DNA of 32,000 nucleotides from Hyperthermus butylicus DSM 5456 (GTDB lineage Archaea; Thermoproteota; Thermoprotei_A; Sulfolobales; Pyrodictiaceae): NCBI RefSeq assembly GCF_000015145.1, contig NC_008818.1, positions 1,320,001 to 1,352,000 of the forward strand, read 5' to 3'. Shown piece by piece: positions 1 to 9,890 of this stretch (position 1 is its first letter; each line of letters starts with the position of its first letter). The notes under the pieces were generated by a model. It saw only the letters and a program-made list of their open reading frames with translations, ran no database searches and was not told where the DNA came from. The position numbers and the translations under genes were made by a program.

Positions 1-1
1 G

Positions 2-160
2 ATAGTGGTGAACCTTGCAGAGCTAGGCTACGCGAAGCTGCTAGGACGCGGCAAGATAACAAGGCCAGTAAAGGTCATAGTACCCGCAGCGACGGAACGT
101 GCTGTCAAGAAGATAGAGGAGGCTGGCGGCGAAGTAGTAATACTCAAGCAGCAAGGGTAA
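2..160 (+). CDS. rpl15: 50S ribosomal protein uL15, C-terminal end (5' part lies outside the window)
   Basis: Frame 2 reads stop-free as IVVNLAELGYAKLLGRGKITRPVKVIVPAATERAVKKIEEAGGEVVILKQQG*, with TAA at 158-160. The sequence has the uL15 C-terminal pattern, and the gene sits directly upstream of secY as in archaeal ribosomal clusters. Confidence 0.8.
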   Translation: MVVNLAELGYAKLLGRGKITRPVKVIVPAATERAVKKIEEAGGEVVILKQQG

Positions 161-383
161 CGCTGTTTCTCGAGTCCTGCAGCTCCTCCTTTCTGCTCTA
201 CACGTGTGTTCGCACATCTTGAACCAGCTTTGCCCTATGCCGGGGGCCTCTTCTGGTTCTTCTGCCCAAGCTTGCCGGGCCTTTCCTCTCCTTAGGCCTG
301 GTTGATGTGCTTGTGCTACTGTTTGGCTGTATGAGTAGGGTCTATATACTGGCTACTTCACTGCTAGCGCGCGGGCTAGGCTT

Positions 384-1778
384 ATGGGCGTCTTGGAGGT
401 TTTGGCTGAGGTTTCGCGGTATATACCGGCGGCTGCCAAGCCTGCTAGGAGGCCAACACTACCAACGAGGCTTATGTGGACTGGTCTCGTGGTGCTACTC
501 TACCTTATCATGAGCGAGATACCACTAGTGGGCGTTTACGGGTATGGGCAGGCTACCCAGGCAACTCTAATGTCGATGCTTCTAGGCATGAATATTGGTA
601 CGTTGATGACGCTTGGTATAGGCCCCATAGTAACTGCTGGCATCGTGCTAGAGGTGCTGGTTGGCGGCAAGCTGATAGAGCTAGACCTAACCAAGCCTAG
701 GGACCGTAAGATATTCATGGGTGCCCAGCGCACCCTAGCGCTGCTCTTCGCGCTGCTCGAAGCGGCAGCTTATGTAATCGGGTGCCGGTTCTGGATATCA
801 GCCTTTGCTAGTAGCCCGGAGGTGTGTCCGCCAATATCAACAGCGGTGAAGATAATTGTTGTGTTACAGTTAGTCTTTGCAACACTAGTACTAATGTGGT
901 TCGACGAAATGATCCGCAACGGCTGGGGTATAGGCTCGGCGCTCAGCCTGTTCATTGTGGCTAGCGTGGTTAAGGGATTGTTCTGGCAGCTGGCAGGGTC
1001 AACCAAGGTTGCTACGCCGGAGGGACAGCCAGTATACTATGGTTGGCTAGCCCACGTGGTCTCAACCGGCGACCTCGGCGTGCTGAGGCGCGGCATGCCA
1101 GACATGGTTGGGTTCCTGGCGACAATAGCGATCATAATGGTGCTGATATACTTCCAGCTTATGAGGGTCTACATACCGGTCACCAGCCCGAGGTATGGCA
1201 GCATAAAGACTAGGATACCGCTAAACTTCATCTACGTGACAAACATCCCTATACTATTCGTAGCCATAGCAGTCTCAGACATCAAGGTATTCGAGATCGT
1301 AATAGCTAGCTTACTCGGCGCCGACAACCCCCTAGTGAGGGGCATGGATGTACTATACAACTATGTGAGCCCACCTCGTGGCCTCTTAGCGGCGGTTGCT
1401 GACCCGCTACGAACACTAACCTTCGCCCTGGCATGGCTAGCACTAGGCCTTCTCTTCGGCTTTATCTGGGTTGAGATAGCAGGCCTCAGTCCGAGGCAGC
1501 AGGCAGAAAACCTGATAAAATCTGGCATGGAGCTCCCCGGTATACGCAAGAATGTCAAGCTGCTTGAGCGCATACTAGCACGCTACATCTACCCGCTAAC
1601 AGTGATAAGCTCACTGCTAGTAACAACGATGGCCATACTAGCAGACGTGTTCGGCGCCTACGGCACAGGCTCGGGCCTAGTACTACTCGTAGGTATAATC
1701 TACAACTTCTACCAGGCCCTGGTATACGAGCGTACGCTAGAGATGTACCCAACGCTACAGAGGCTACTAGGCCGCTGA
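384..1778 (+). CDS. secY: Preprotein translocase subunit SecY (Sec61 alpha)
   Basis: 464-aa ORF with about ten hydrophobic segments. The N-terminus ...PAAAKPARRPTLPTRLMWTGLVVLLYLIMSEIPLVG... and the C-terminus ...GTGSGLVLLVGIIYNFYQ... are typical of archaeal SecY. The position after uL15 is conserved. Confidence 0.95.
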   Translation: MGVLEVLAEVSRYIPAAAKPARRPTLPTRLMWTGLVVLLYLIMSEIPLVGVYGYGQATQATLMSMLLGMNIGTLMTLGIGPIVTAGIVLEVLVGGKLIELDLTKPRDRKIFMGAQRTLALLFALLEAAAYVIGCRFWISAFASSPEVCPPISTAVKIIVVLQLVFATLVLMWFDEMIRNGWGIGSALSLFIVASVVKGLFWQLAGSTKVATPEGQPVYYGWLAHVVSTGDLGVLRRGMPDMVGFLATIAIIMVLIYFQLMRVYIPVTSPRYGSIKTRIPLNFIYVTNIPILFVAIAVSDIKVFEIVIASLLGADNPLVRGMDVLYNYVSPPRGLLAAVADPLRTLTFALAWLALGLLFGFIWVEIAGLSPRQQAENLIKSGMELPGIRKNVKLLERILARYIYPLTVISSLLVTTMAILADVFGAYGTGSGLVLLVGIIYNFYQALVYERTLEMYPTLQRLLGR

Positions 1779-1892
1779 CGCAGCTCCTCCCCTTCCTGGG
1801 CTCAGGTTTTTATGAGCCCAGCTCCTCCGGCCCTGCTTGCCCGGGAAACTGGAGCCCAATACACCCATGCCCGGCGCTCTGGGTGTAGGGCT

Positions 1893-2510
1893 ATGGTTCT
1901 CCGAAACCCCTTCATAACAGTGATTGTCACCGGCGTGCCTGGTGTGGGTAAGACAACGGTCCTGGGCAGGGTTGCAGAGAAGCTTCGCAGCAAGGGTGTA
2001 CGGTTCGAGATTGTAAACTTTGGCGATTACATGTTTCGGGAGGCATCGGCGGCGGGGCTTGTAAGGCATAGGGATGAGATGAGGCATCTACCACTGAGAA
2101 GGCAGCTCGAGCTGCAGGAGAGTGCGGCTCGCGCCATAATAGCTGATGCATCCTCCAAGCTAGGCGGTGACGGGGTGCTGCTGGTAGACACGCATGCGGT
2201 CATACGTACCTCGACCGGGTTCTGGCCGGGGCTCCCCGAGAACGTGGTTAGGGAGCTCAAGCCCGACTCAATAGTGCTCATAGAGGCTCCTCCAGAGATT
2301 ATTGTTGCGCGGCAGCAGAGGGATAAGAGCAGGGTTAGGAGCGATGTAGCTAGCGTCGAGACTGTTAGGGAACTACTAGAGATGGCTAGGAAGGCAGCTA
2401 TGGCTAGTGCTGTTCTCGTAGCAGCCAGCGTCTACCCGGTCGAGAATGTTGAGGGCAACCCGGACATAGCTGCTGAGAAGATAGTGGAGCTAATAGAGAA
2501 GCTCCGTTAG
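1893..2510 (+). CDS. adkA: Adenylate kinase, archaeal type
   Basis: P-loop VIVTGVPGVGKTTV near the N-terminus and the size and pattern of archaeal AdkA. ATG at 1893 is the most plausible start, although the ORF track opens at 1812. The position after secY is conserved. Confidence 0.9.
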   Translation: MVLRNPFITVIVTGVPGVGKTTVLGRVAEKLRSKGVRFEIVNFGDYMFREASAAGLVRHRDEMRHLPLRRQLELQESAARAIIADASSKLGGDGVLLVDTHAVIRTSTGFWPGLPENVVRELKPDSIVLIEAPPEIIVARQQRDKSRVRSDVASVETVRELLEMARKAAMASAVLVAASVYPVENVEGNPDIAAEKIVELIEKLR

Positions 2511-2539
2511 ACCACACGAGCCTCGGTGGAGGGGAGGGT

Positions 2540-3040
2540 TTGGCCCTCACACTACTACTCTACGAGCTCTACATCGTTTTACTCGTGCTGGCGGGCTTAG
2601 CGCTCACAGAGTACATGTTCTACCGTATTGCTGGCAAGTGGTTCTTCCGTGCGAGGGCGGAGCTGGAGATCCTGGTTGAGGAGCACCGCCGTATAACCCG
2701 GAGTATTGGGGGGAAGAAGGATAGGCGTAAACTCGGCAAGATCAGAGCGAGGGCATACACGCTCTCCGGTAGTGTTAGGAGGTTTACGCTGTACCGCGTA
2801 CTCATGCTCATCCCGGTGTACGTGCTGTTCTCGGTAGTGTTCCTTGTACGTGGCGTAGCCGTGCCAGTGGAGTACTGTATACCATTCTTCTCGTTCACCT
2901 ACGAGGGTGCTTGTGTGACGACTACCGGCCACATAGCGGTACTTTCATTCCTTGTTGGCCTGCCGCTAGTCCAGGACGATCTTATAGCGGTGCTAATGTT
3001 TAAGAAAGCCCGGCTGTGGAGCCGGATAAGAGCGGGGTGA
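2540..3040 (+). CDS. DUF106 / EMC3-Oxa1-like membrane protein (putative archaeal insertase homologue)
   Basis: 166 aa with a TTG start. The layout is TM1, then a basic coiled segment (RARAELEILVEEHRRITRSIGGKKDRRKLGKIRARA), then two more TM segments. This architecture, and the position between adk and eL34, match the archaeal DUF106 family. Confidence 0.6.
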   Translation: MALTLLLYELYIVLLVLAGLALTEYMFYRIAGKWFFRARAELEILVEEHRRITRSIGGKKDRRKLGKIRARAYTLSGSVRRFTLYRVLMLIPVYVLFSVVFLVRGVAVPVEYCIPFFSFTYEGACVTTTGHIAVLSFLVGLPLVQDDLIAVLMFKKARLWSRIRAG

Positions 3041-3048
3041 AGCTGTAG

Positions 3049-3369
3049 ATGCCCAGGCCGCACCAGAGAACAAGGTCGCTCCGCCGCGTCTACGTTAGGA
3101 CACCCGGTGGCGAGACAAAGATACACTACGAGAAGAGGAGGCCTGGGCCGGCGCGCTGCGCGATCTGTGGTAGGCCGCTAAACGGTGTGCCCAGGCTGAG
3201 GCCTGTAGAGCTAAGGAAGCTGCCGAAGACGGCGAAGAGGCCTGAGCGCATGTATGGTGGTGTGCTCTGTGCTGAGTGCCTGGAGAAGCTGCTGAAGAAG
3301 AGTATTCGCAGCCAGGTGCTAGCACAGCTAGAGCAGCTAAGACGGAGCGTGGCTGCTGGGCAGTCCTAG
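3049..3369 (+). CDS. rpl34e: 50S ribosomal protein eL34
   Basis: [49 protein letters not shown]... is the characteristic eL34 N-terminus with a Cys pair. Confidence 0.9.
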   Translation: MPRPHQRTRSLRRVYVRTPGGETKIHYEKRRPGPARCAICGRPLNGVPRLRPVELRKLPKTAKRPERMYGGVLCAECLEKLLKKSIRSQVLAQLEQLRRSVAAGQS

Positions 3370-3444
3370 CTTTCCACTGTTCTCCCCGCTGGTACTCCAG
3401 CCTTCTTTACCCCTAGCCCGTGTCGGGGCCTACTCTACACCTGG

Positions 3445-4068
3445 GTGGCAGTCCTGCGTCTACAGCCGCTACTCCCTCCAGACTGTAGCAGCCCGAAGAA
3501 GGGTCCAACGATAGCTGTTAGTGGGCCGCCGGGCAGCGGTAAAACCACGTATGCGCGCCGGCTAGCTGAGGATCTAGGCTTGGAGTACTATTCGGCGGGG
3601 CGTATCTTCCGGGAGCTTGCCAGAGAGCGTGGGGTTAGCCTGGAGGAGATGAACCGTATTGCGGCTAACGATCCCCGGATAGACCTTGAGATAGACATGC
3701 GGACGCTCGAAATAGGCTGTAGAGGCAATGTCGTGATAGAGGGCCACTTAGTCGCCTGGGTTCTGAGGGGCGTAGCTGATGTGAGGATCTATGTTACGGC
3801 GCCGCTAGATGTTAGGGTGAAGAGGATAGCTGAGCGTGAGGGGAGGAACTTCGAGGAGGTCTACAGGGAGACTGTTATCAGAGAGTTTATGCATCAGCAA
3901 CGCTTCCTAGTAATGTACGGTATAGACATCTCAAACCTTTCAATATTCAACCTTGTACTAGACACAGAGTACCTCTTAATAGATGACGCCTACTCCATAA
4001 TAAGGAGGACTGTGTGCAACATCCTCGCAGCCAAGGGGTACCAGCTGGAGGCGTGTAGCAGGCTGTAG
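3445..4068 (+). CDS. cmk: Cytidylate kinase, archaeal type
   Basis: P-loop IAVSGPPGSGKTTYARRLAEDLGLEYYSAGRIFRELA, with typical archaeal Cmk size and context. GTG at 3445 is the only in-frame start upstream of the P-loop. Confidence 0.85.
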   Translation: MAVLRLQPLLPPDCSSPKKGPTIAVSGPPGSGKTTYARRLAEDLGLEYYSAGRIFRELARERGVSLEEMNRIAANDPRIDLEIDMRTLEIGCRGNVVIEGHLVAWVLRGVADVRIYVTAPLDVRVKRIAEREGRNFEEVYRETVIREFMHQQRFLVMYGIDISNLSIFNLVLDTEYLLIDDAYSIIRRTVCNILAAKGYQLEACSRL

Positions 4069-4134
4069 GTAAGGCTTAAAGCAAGGTCTCAGCTGTAGCC
4101 CTTGCCGGCAAACCTGGGGAGACGGGGGAGGACT

Positions 4135-4431
4135 ATGCCAGCCATAGAGGTTGGTAGGCTCTGCGTAAAGACCAGGGGCCGTGAGGCCGGGAGGAAGTGT
4201 GTAATAGTCGAGATAATAGACGACAACTTTGTCCTCATAACAGGCCCGAAGGACGTATCGGGAGTGAAGAGGCGGAGAGCAAACATTAACCACATAGAAG
4301 TGCTCCCCGAGAAGATCAACATACAGCCGGGCGCTAGCGACGAGGAGGTAAAGAAGGCGCTGGAAGAGGCTGGGCTCCTCGACTTTATGAGGGAGAGGGT
4401 CCGCATAGAGCTGAAGCCTGGCCTCCTCTAG
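4135..4431 (+). CDS. rpl14e: 50S ribosomal protein eL14
   Basis: [56 protein letters not shown] is a KOW-like eL14 pattern. ATG at 4135 is preceded by the purine-rich GGGGGAGG. The ORF track opens at 4102. Confidence 0.85.
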   Translation: MPAIEVGRLCVKTRGREAGRKCVIVEIIDDNFVLITGPKDVSGVKRRRANINHIEVLPEKINIQPGASDEEVKKALEEAGLLDFMRERVRIELKPGLL

Positions 4432-4506
4432 CACCATACTGCCAAGCAGGTCATATCCCCGGCCCCAGATACTATACCTGGTTCTTTTCGGCCCGGCTAG
4501 TATCGG

Positions 4507-5553
4507 GTGGGCATGTTGTCCAGCGAGCTTACTAGAAAGGGGCTAGAATTCATAGAGAGTCTTGACAAGTTTGCCGGGCTGCAGCGCAGCTGGATAGTGA
4601 AGGTTGAAGAAGATACAAGCCCCGACTACGGCACGCCGCCGTGGGCTCGGCCGATAGAGAAGCATATCAGGATGGGTGTTATACCCCTAGACAAGCCTCC
4701 GGGTCCCACGAGCCACGAGGTTGTAGCATGGATCAAGAGGATGTTCGGCTTATCCAAGGCCGGGCATGGCGGCACGCTGGATCCGAAGGTTACCGGTGTA
4801 CTCCCTGTAGCCCTTGAAGAGGGTACCAAGGTTATAGGACTAGTGGTCCACACCGGCAAAGAGTACATGTGTGTTATGCAGCTCCACCGTCCAGTCCCGG
4901 AGGAGGAGCTACGCAGGGCAATCAACATGTTCGTAGGCGAGATCTATCAGAGGCCACCGCTGCGCAGCAGCGTCAAGAGAAGCCTGAGATTGAAGAAGAT
5001 CTATGAGATAGAGCTGCTGGAGTATAATGGCCGCTATGCCCTCATGAGGGTGTTCTCCGAGGCTGGCACCTACATGAGAAAGCTCTGCCACGACATAGGC
5101 CTAATACTCGGCGTCGGCGCGCACATGAGGGAGCTGCGTAGAACCAGGAGTGGCCCATTCCGCGAGCGTAACGGGCTTGTAAGGCTGCAAGAGCTAAGCG
5201 AGGCAATCTACCGCTGGAAGCAGGAAGGCAAGGAGGACCTCCTCCGCAAGTACATACTCCCAATAGAGTATGCAGTTAGCCACCTGCCAAAGATAGTGGT
5301 TAGGGACACGGCAGTCGACGCAATAGCGCATGGTGCTAACCTCGCGGTACCGGGTATTGCTAGGCTACACGAGGGCATCAAGCGCGGAGACCTCGTAGCA
5401 CTACTAACACTAAAGGGCGAACTCGTAGCAATAGGCGTAGCCCAGATGTCCAGCGAAGAGATAGCAAAGGCCAAGAAGGGCATAGCAGTGAAGATAAGGA
5501 GGGTCATAATGCCGCCAGGCGTCTACCCGCGCGCCTGGAAGAAAAAGAAGTAG
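4507..5553 (+). CDS. cbf5: H/ACA RNP pseudouridine synthase Cbf5 (TruB family with C-terminal PUA domain)
   Basis: The TruB catalytic motif GHGGTLDPKVTGVLPV is present. The N-terminus contains the ...DTSPDYGTPPWARPIEKHI... segment and the C-terminus is PUA-like (PKIVVRDTAVDAIAHGANLAVPGI). Confidence 0.95.
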   Translation: MGMLSSELTRKGLEFIESLDKFAGLQRSWIVKVEEDTSPDYGTPPWARPIEKHIRMGVIPLDKPPGPTSHEVVAWIKRMFGLSKAGHGGTLDPKVTGVLPVALEEGTKVIGLVVHTGKEYMCVMQLHRPVPEEELRRAINMFVGEIYQRPPLRSSVKRSLRLKKIYEIELLEYNGRYALMRVFSEAGTYMRKLCHDIGLILGVGAHMRELRRTRSGPFRERNGLVRLQELSEAIYRWKQEGKEDLLRKYILPIEYAVSHLPKIVVRDTAVDAIAHGANLAVPGIARLHEGIKRGDLVALLTLKGELVAIGVAQMSSEEIAKAKKGIAVKIRRVIMPPGVYPRAWKKKK

Positions 5554-5593
5554 GGTCAAACCCTGAGGATTCTCCTCCGGGTGCTAACAGCCC

Positions 5594-6190
5594 GTGGCAG
5601 CCCACTACTACAGACCACGGAGCCGTAAAGGGCCGCGAATGCTAGTCAGCGACTACCTCCGAGGCGTAACGGTAGAGTTCTACGTCTCCACCGAAGTCTT
5701 CTCGCCAAGGGAAGTGGATGAGGGTACACGCCTCCTCATAGAGCACGCCATAGTCCCCGAGGAGGGTACAGTGCTAGACATGGGCTGCGGCTACGGAGCC
5801 ATAGGGATAACACTTGCAAAGGCACACCCGCGGCTCCACGTGGTAATGGTGGATGTGAATCCCAAGGCAGTAGAGCTGGCAAGGCTTAACGCGAGACACA
5901 ACGGCGTCGAGAACCGCGTAGAGGTGCTACAAGGGGATCTCTACGAACCAGTAAAAGGCTACCATTTCGACGCGATAATATCGAACCCCCCGCTGGCGGC
6001 GGGCATGAAGATCATAGAGAAGCTTATTCTCGAAGCGCCAGCCCACCTAAAGCCCGGCGGCTCACTCCAGATAGTAATGAGGAAGGGAGCCGAGAAGGCA
6101 AAGGAGCTAATGCAGAAAGCCTTCGGAAACGCGAAGGTACTCCTCCGCAAGAAGGGCTACACAATACTCTATGCCGAGAAGCCCAGCTAA
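5594..6190 (+). CDS. Class I SAM-dependent methyltransferase, small-domain (RsmC/RsmD-like, MJ0882-type)
   Basis: SAM motif VLDMGCGYGAIGI and substrate motif IISNPPL are present. The N-terminal HYY...VEFYVSTEVFSPREVDEGT matches the archaeal methyltransferase small-domain family. Confidence 0.8.
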   Translation: MAAHYYRPRSRKGPRMLVSDYLRGVTVEFYVSTEVFSPREVDEGTRLLIEHAIVPEEGTVLDMGCGYGAIGITLAKAHPRLHVVMVDVNPKAVELARLNARHNGVENRVEVLQGDLYEPVKGYHFDAIISNPPLAAGMKIIEKLILEAPAHLKPGGSLQIVMRKGAEKAKELMQKAFGNAKVLLRKKGYTILYAEKPS

Positions 6191-6253
6191 CACCCTATAA
6201 ACCCTCCAGATACAAATCACATCTACGAGGGGCTCCCATCCAGCCCCCTGGGC

Positions 6254-6341
6254 GCCGGGGTGCCCGAGCGGTCCAAGGGGCCGGCCTTGAGAGCCGGTGG
6301 CCGACAAGGCCGCGCGGGTTCAAATCCCGCCCCCGGCGCCA
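6254..6341 (+). tRNA. tRNA-Ser (anticodon UGA), class II, genomically encoded CCA
   Basis: Hand-folded structure. Acceptor GCCGGGG/CCCCGGC. Anticodon stem CCGGC/GCCGG with loop CTTGAGA (TGA at 6288-6290). Long variable arm GGCC-GACAA-GGCC. T arm GCGGG-TTCAAAT-CCCGC. Discriminator G followed by CCA. Confidence 0.9.
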
Positions 6342-6568
6342 TACCGCCTCTCTCAGCCCTACCCATCTACACGTCCATCCAAAATCCATAGATCTTCTCG
6401 ATGCTACAACGTTGGCTCCTCCTTGCAGAGGTAGTAACAGGATTTGTGCTTTCGATTAATCATTTACTTCGCAAGGCCGAGTGTCGCGAAGAATGCTTGA
6501 AGGAATAAGATAGGAAATGTTGACGACTCGAAAACAGGACGGAAAACGCTGCTATACTATACTATGTG

Positions 6569-7324
6569 TTATGTTTCCTTGTACGCCTTGCCTTCGAGCA
6601 GTATTCTCTTCAACCAGTTAAAGTAGTGTTCCTCGATCCCTAATTGCCTCAGCTTGGCTAGAACTGAGTTGATATCGTACTTTACGCGGCGTATCTCGAG
6701 CGAGCCTTTCTCCACGTCGAGGATGGCGTATGATGCTCTCGGGTCACCGTCTCTTGGCTGGCCGACGCTACCCGGGTTAACTATTCTCACCCAATCTATG
6801 GTCATATCGACCGGTATGTGGGTGTGGCCAACGACAACGAGGTCTGCTTTGACGGGCCGGGGCTTCAAGGCAGCCATGCTCGGGGTTAGAGCTAATCTAA
6901 GCTCGTCGGCGGGTAGGTTGGGCCTAAGATAACCGTATAGGGGGTTTCTCGGTGACCCGTGGGCCATGTAGACTTTGAGGTTGGACACCTGGCCCGAGTA
7001 TACCTTGGGGAGGCTCCTAAGCCACGATATCTGCTCGCGGGAGAGCAGCTTGAACGTTATGTGCTTTCTCGTGTACTCGCTAAGCTCATGGATCTCTGGT
7101 GCACATCTACAGTCAACACCGTATGCCGCCGCGTAGTCGTGATTGCCGGTAACGATAACCTCTGGTGCTAGATCCCTAACAATATCCACCACTATATGGG
7201 GCTCAGGCCCGTAATCGACAAGGTCTCCGAGAACCCATACAGCATCCCAGCCGCGCGCGTTCTCAAGCACGGCTTTTAGGGCGTCCGCGTTTCCGTGGAT
7301 GTCCGATATGAGTAGGATCTTCAA
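6569..7324 (-). CDS. Metallophosphoesterase (calcineurin-like, YfcE/MJ0936-type)
   Basis: The motifs DIHGN, GDLVDYGP, GNHD and GHTH occur in the canonical order. TTG start at 7324. Confidence 0.85.
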   Translation of the reverse strand: MKILLISDIHGNADALKAVLENARGWDAVWVLGDLVDYGPEPHIVVDIVRDLAPEVIVTGNHDYAAAYGVDCRCAPEIHELSEYTRKHITFKLLSREQISWLRSLPKVYSGQVSNLKVYMAHGSPRNPLYGYLRPNLPADELRLALTPSMAALKPRPVKADLVVVGHTHIPVDMTIDWVRIVNPGSVGQPRDGDPRASYAILDVEKGSLEIRRVKYDINSVLAKLRQLGIEEHYFNWLKRILLEGKAYKET

Positions 7325-7380
7325 GCTGCTCCCGGGACCGCGGATGCTAATTGTCCAAGTGTTAAAAATAGGTATTCACC

Positions 7381-7851
7381 TTAGCCTCCCGACGCTCCAT
7401 GCCAGGGGCTGTCCCGCCACACAGCATCCCAGAAGTCCTGCTCTGTATATGTCATGGGCTTTACCAGCTTGTCCCTTAGGTCGGCTAGTACCCGGTGGTG
7501 CTCAACCTCCTCCTCATATATCACCGCCATCAGAAGCTTCACCCGCGGATCTTCCACTTGTTCGATTAGTTTGCGGCTCTCCTCGAGCATCTTTGATTCG
7601 GTCTCGATGTGCTTCTCTACAGCCTTCGCTATCTCCTCGAGTTTCTCCTCCGATATGAGTAGTGCTTGTCTCGTCAGTAGTTCTGCCATGGCCTCGTATA
7701 GTGTGCTGTGTTTCTCCGAATCCCGCGATATGGCCTCGAAGATCGCTGCTAGGGCTGGATGTTTAATGGATGCTGCTATCTTCTTCAACTCCTCCGCATA
7801 CCTCCGCTCGGCTTCGGCTAGCTGCTTGAGTCTTTCGATTAGCCCCTCCAT
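7381..7851 (-). CDS. Ferritin-like / rubrerythrin-like four-helix-bundle protein (putative diiron)
   Basis: All-helical and Glu-rich, with two ExxH-type motifs (SEKHSTL, EVEHHRVL) plus the partner acidic helices AEAERRYAEEL and ETESKMLEE. The family assignment rests on pattern only. Confidence 0.55.
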   Translation of the reverse strand: MEGLIERLKQLAEAERRYAEELKKIAASIKHPALAAIFEAISRDSEKHSTLYEAMAELLTRQALLISEEKLEEIAKAVEKHIETESKMLEESRKLIEQVEDPRVKLLMAVIYEEEVEHHRVLADLRDKLVKPMTYTEQDFWDAVWRDSPWHGASGG

Positions 7852-8117
7852 ACACACACCTCTGTTTAGGCATAGCTATCCCCTTACTATATTTATTTAT
7901 CCCTAACTGTCAGCGTTTTCCACGCATCTGAAGGCGTGAACGCCGCCCCCCGCCCCCTATGTAGACGATTTTTGATGTCCCCGCCAGGCACGGGCCCGAG
8001 CACCCGCGGCGTTGCCGAGACCGGTACGACAGTGGCGCTGGGTGGCACTGGGAGGGTGGACACCTCCTCCTCGGCCGGGGCCTTGGCCCTGGCCAGCTTC
8101 ATAACGCTTGTTTTCTC

Positions 8118-8780
8118 GTGGATGGTTACGGGAGGGATAGCCGGGAGGGAGCCAGCTTGGCTGGTTTTGAGCTGACAACATATCGCAGGGTGTGGATGGT
8201 AGTTTACGTGTTTCTGCCCTGGATCCTTTGGCCCCTCGCGTTTGTTGTTTTTCGGGAGCACTTCTTGATTGCGATGGTGGCTGCTACCGGGGTGCTCGGT
8301 CTCGCTACTGCCACGATAGGTCCTGGGGTTAGGCTGGGAGGGATAGGGGTCAGGGAGGCTGTGTGCTCGGTGGCCTATGCGGTGTTGCTATACGCGTTGT
8401 TTGTCGCTGGAGGCGTTCTCTCCAAGCTGCTTGGTCTCTGGGAGGGCGTAGCTGCAGTCTACGGAATGGTTGGGAGGGGATTGCATCTCGTACCAGCTCT
8501 GGCATGGATAGGGTTCCTGGAGGAGGTCTACTGGCGCGGTGGCTTCCAGGAGGGGTTGCTGTCTAGGGCCACGAGGAGGCCCTGGCTCGCATCTAGCCTG
8601 GTCTACTCGGCTGTTCACGTGTTTACAGGTAACCTTGTCTTGGTTGCTGCCGCGCTGGTTGTAGGCCTGGTCCTTGGCTTTGAAGCTCACCGCTGTGGGG
8701 TTGCGGCATCGTCGCTGACTCACGTGCTCTGGCTCTACGCTGTCATTCTCGTTGCGCCGGTTAACCTCCTGCTAGGCTAA
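8118..8780 (+). CDS. CPBP family intramembrane glutamic endopeptidase (CAAX protease/Abi family)
   Basis: Polytopic protein carrying the EEVYWRGGFQ (EExxxR), SSLVYSAVHV (FxxxH-like) and LTHVLWLY (HxxxN/D-like) motifs. The true start may be ATG at 8196. Confidence 0.75.
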   Translation: MDGYGRDSREGASLAGFELTTYRRVWMVVYVFLPWILWPLAFVVFREHFLIAMVAATGVLGLATATIGPGVRLGGIGVREAVCSVAYAVLLYALFVAGGVLSKLLGLWEGVAAVYGMVGRGLHLVPALAWIGFLEEVYWRGGFQEGLLSRATRRPWLASSLVYSAVHVFTGNLVLVAAALVVGLVLGFEAHRCGVAASSLTHVLWLYAVILVAPVNLLLG

Positions 8781-8826
8781 ACATTTTTCCTGGAAGTAGA
8801 AAACTCGTCTCGCTGGGTGGTTCATA

Positions 8827-9726
8827 TTGCCCAGAGCCCTGGAGGTTTTTATCTCAACGAGGCCGTGGAGCTTTCCAATGACCATAGTTTGTGTTGGTTT
8901 CGGTATAGCGTATGGTTTCTGGCTAACGGGAAGCATCGATGTGCCACTGTCGCTGCTAGCGTTGCTCGGCTCTGTTCTGCTGCACGCTGCCGCCAACGTC
9001 TGGAACGACTACTTCGACTACAGGTATGGTATCGATAGGCCAGGTGTGGGGACGACAGTGTACAGGCCGCATCCAATATTCGCCAACATCATGGTGCCAG
9101 GGCATGTGCTGGTGTTTGGAACCTCTCTGGGGCTCGCAGCCCTGGGCATCGGATGGGCTCTAGTCTTGGCCGGGCGTCCGCTAGCCCTACTGCTGGGGCT
9201 CGCTGGCTTCATCCTGGCCTACTCGTACACGGGCCCGCCGCTCAACCTGAAGTACAGGGGTCTCGGCGAGCTCGGGGTCTTCATTGCCTGGGGACCGTTG
9301 ATGGTTGTTGGAGGAGCGTACGTGGCTTCGGGGAGCCTCAGCCTGGAGGCTGCTGCGGCCTCTGTGCCTCTGGGCCTGCTGGTGGCAGCCGTCCTGCTAG
9401 CCAACAATATCAGAGATGTCGAGAATGACAGGGAGTCAGGCGCCTACACGCTCGCCGTGAGGATTGGGAGAAGGTCTGCTATCAAGCTATACCAGTCCAT
9501 GATACTTGCACCGTATATCATACTAGTCGTACTGTACACCGCAAAGCTGGTGCCCCTAGCGTCGCTCGTAGCGCTGGCCTCTCTCCCGCTGGCAGTTAGC
9601 CTAGCTAGGCTGATGTCGCGCGAGGTGCCAGTGGATGCTGACCCTAGGACAGCAAAGCTAGTTGTCGCATTCGGTGTACCCTACATACTGGGTACCCTAG
9701 CGTCGGCCATCGCAAACGCTATATAG
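8827..9726 (+). CDS. UbiA-superfamily aromatic prenyltransferase, MenA-like
   Basis: Asp-rich motifs NVWNDYFDYRYGID and ANNIRDVENDRESGAYTL are present, with about 8-9 TM segments. The second motif resembles DHNA-prenyltransferase (MenA) proteins. Confidence 0.8.
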   Translation: MPRALEVFISTRPWSFPMTIVCVGFGIAYGFWLTGSIDVPLSLLALLGSVLLHAAANVWNDYFDYRYGIDRPGVGTTVYRPHPIFANIMVPGHVLVFGTSLGLAALGIGWALVLAGRPLALLLGLAGFILAYSYTGPPLNLKYRGLGELGVFIAWGPLMVVGGAYVASGSLSLEAAAASVPLGLLVAAVLLANNIRDVENDRESGAYTLAVRIGRRSAIKLYQSMILAPYIILVVLYTAKLVPLASLVALASLPLAVSLARLMSREVPVDADPRTAKLVVAFGVPYILGTLASAIANAI

Positions 9727-9752
9727 AGTGGATGCTATCCATGTTCCTGACT

Positions 9753-9768
9753 ATTTTGTTATTTTGTT
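9753..9768 (+). terminator. Oligo-T tracts (tattttgttattttgtt) downstream of the prenyltransferase gene
   Basis: Two T4 runs lie 27-42 nt after the TAG at 9724-9726, in a convergent intergenic region. Archaeal termination commonly uses oligo-T tracts. Confidence 0.3.
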
Positions 9769-9890
9769 ATGGGTGGGAACCAAAAGCTGGGTCCTCTCGG
9801 CAAGGATTCCCAGGGTGTATTGCGGGCTTAGCTTGGTGCAGGGACTGTAAACGTGTATTCACTCTGCGGAGGATAGGTTAGAGATAGGCT

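Noticed and set aside
6342-6568. AT-richer spacer after tRNA-Ser with a short CTATA-type tandem (ctatactatactat, 6552-6566), considered as an integration scar
   Set aside because: There is no repeat of the tRNA 3' half, no mobile-element genes and a small size. It is most simply a convergent intergenic or terminator region.
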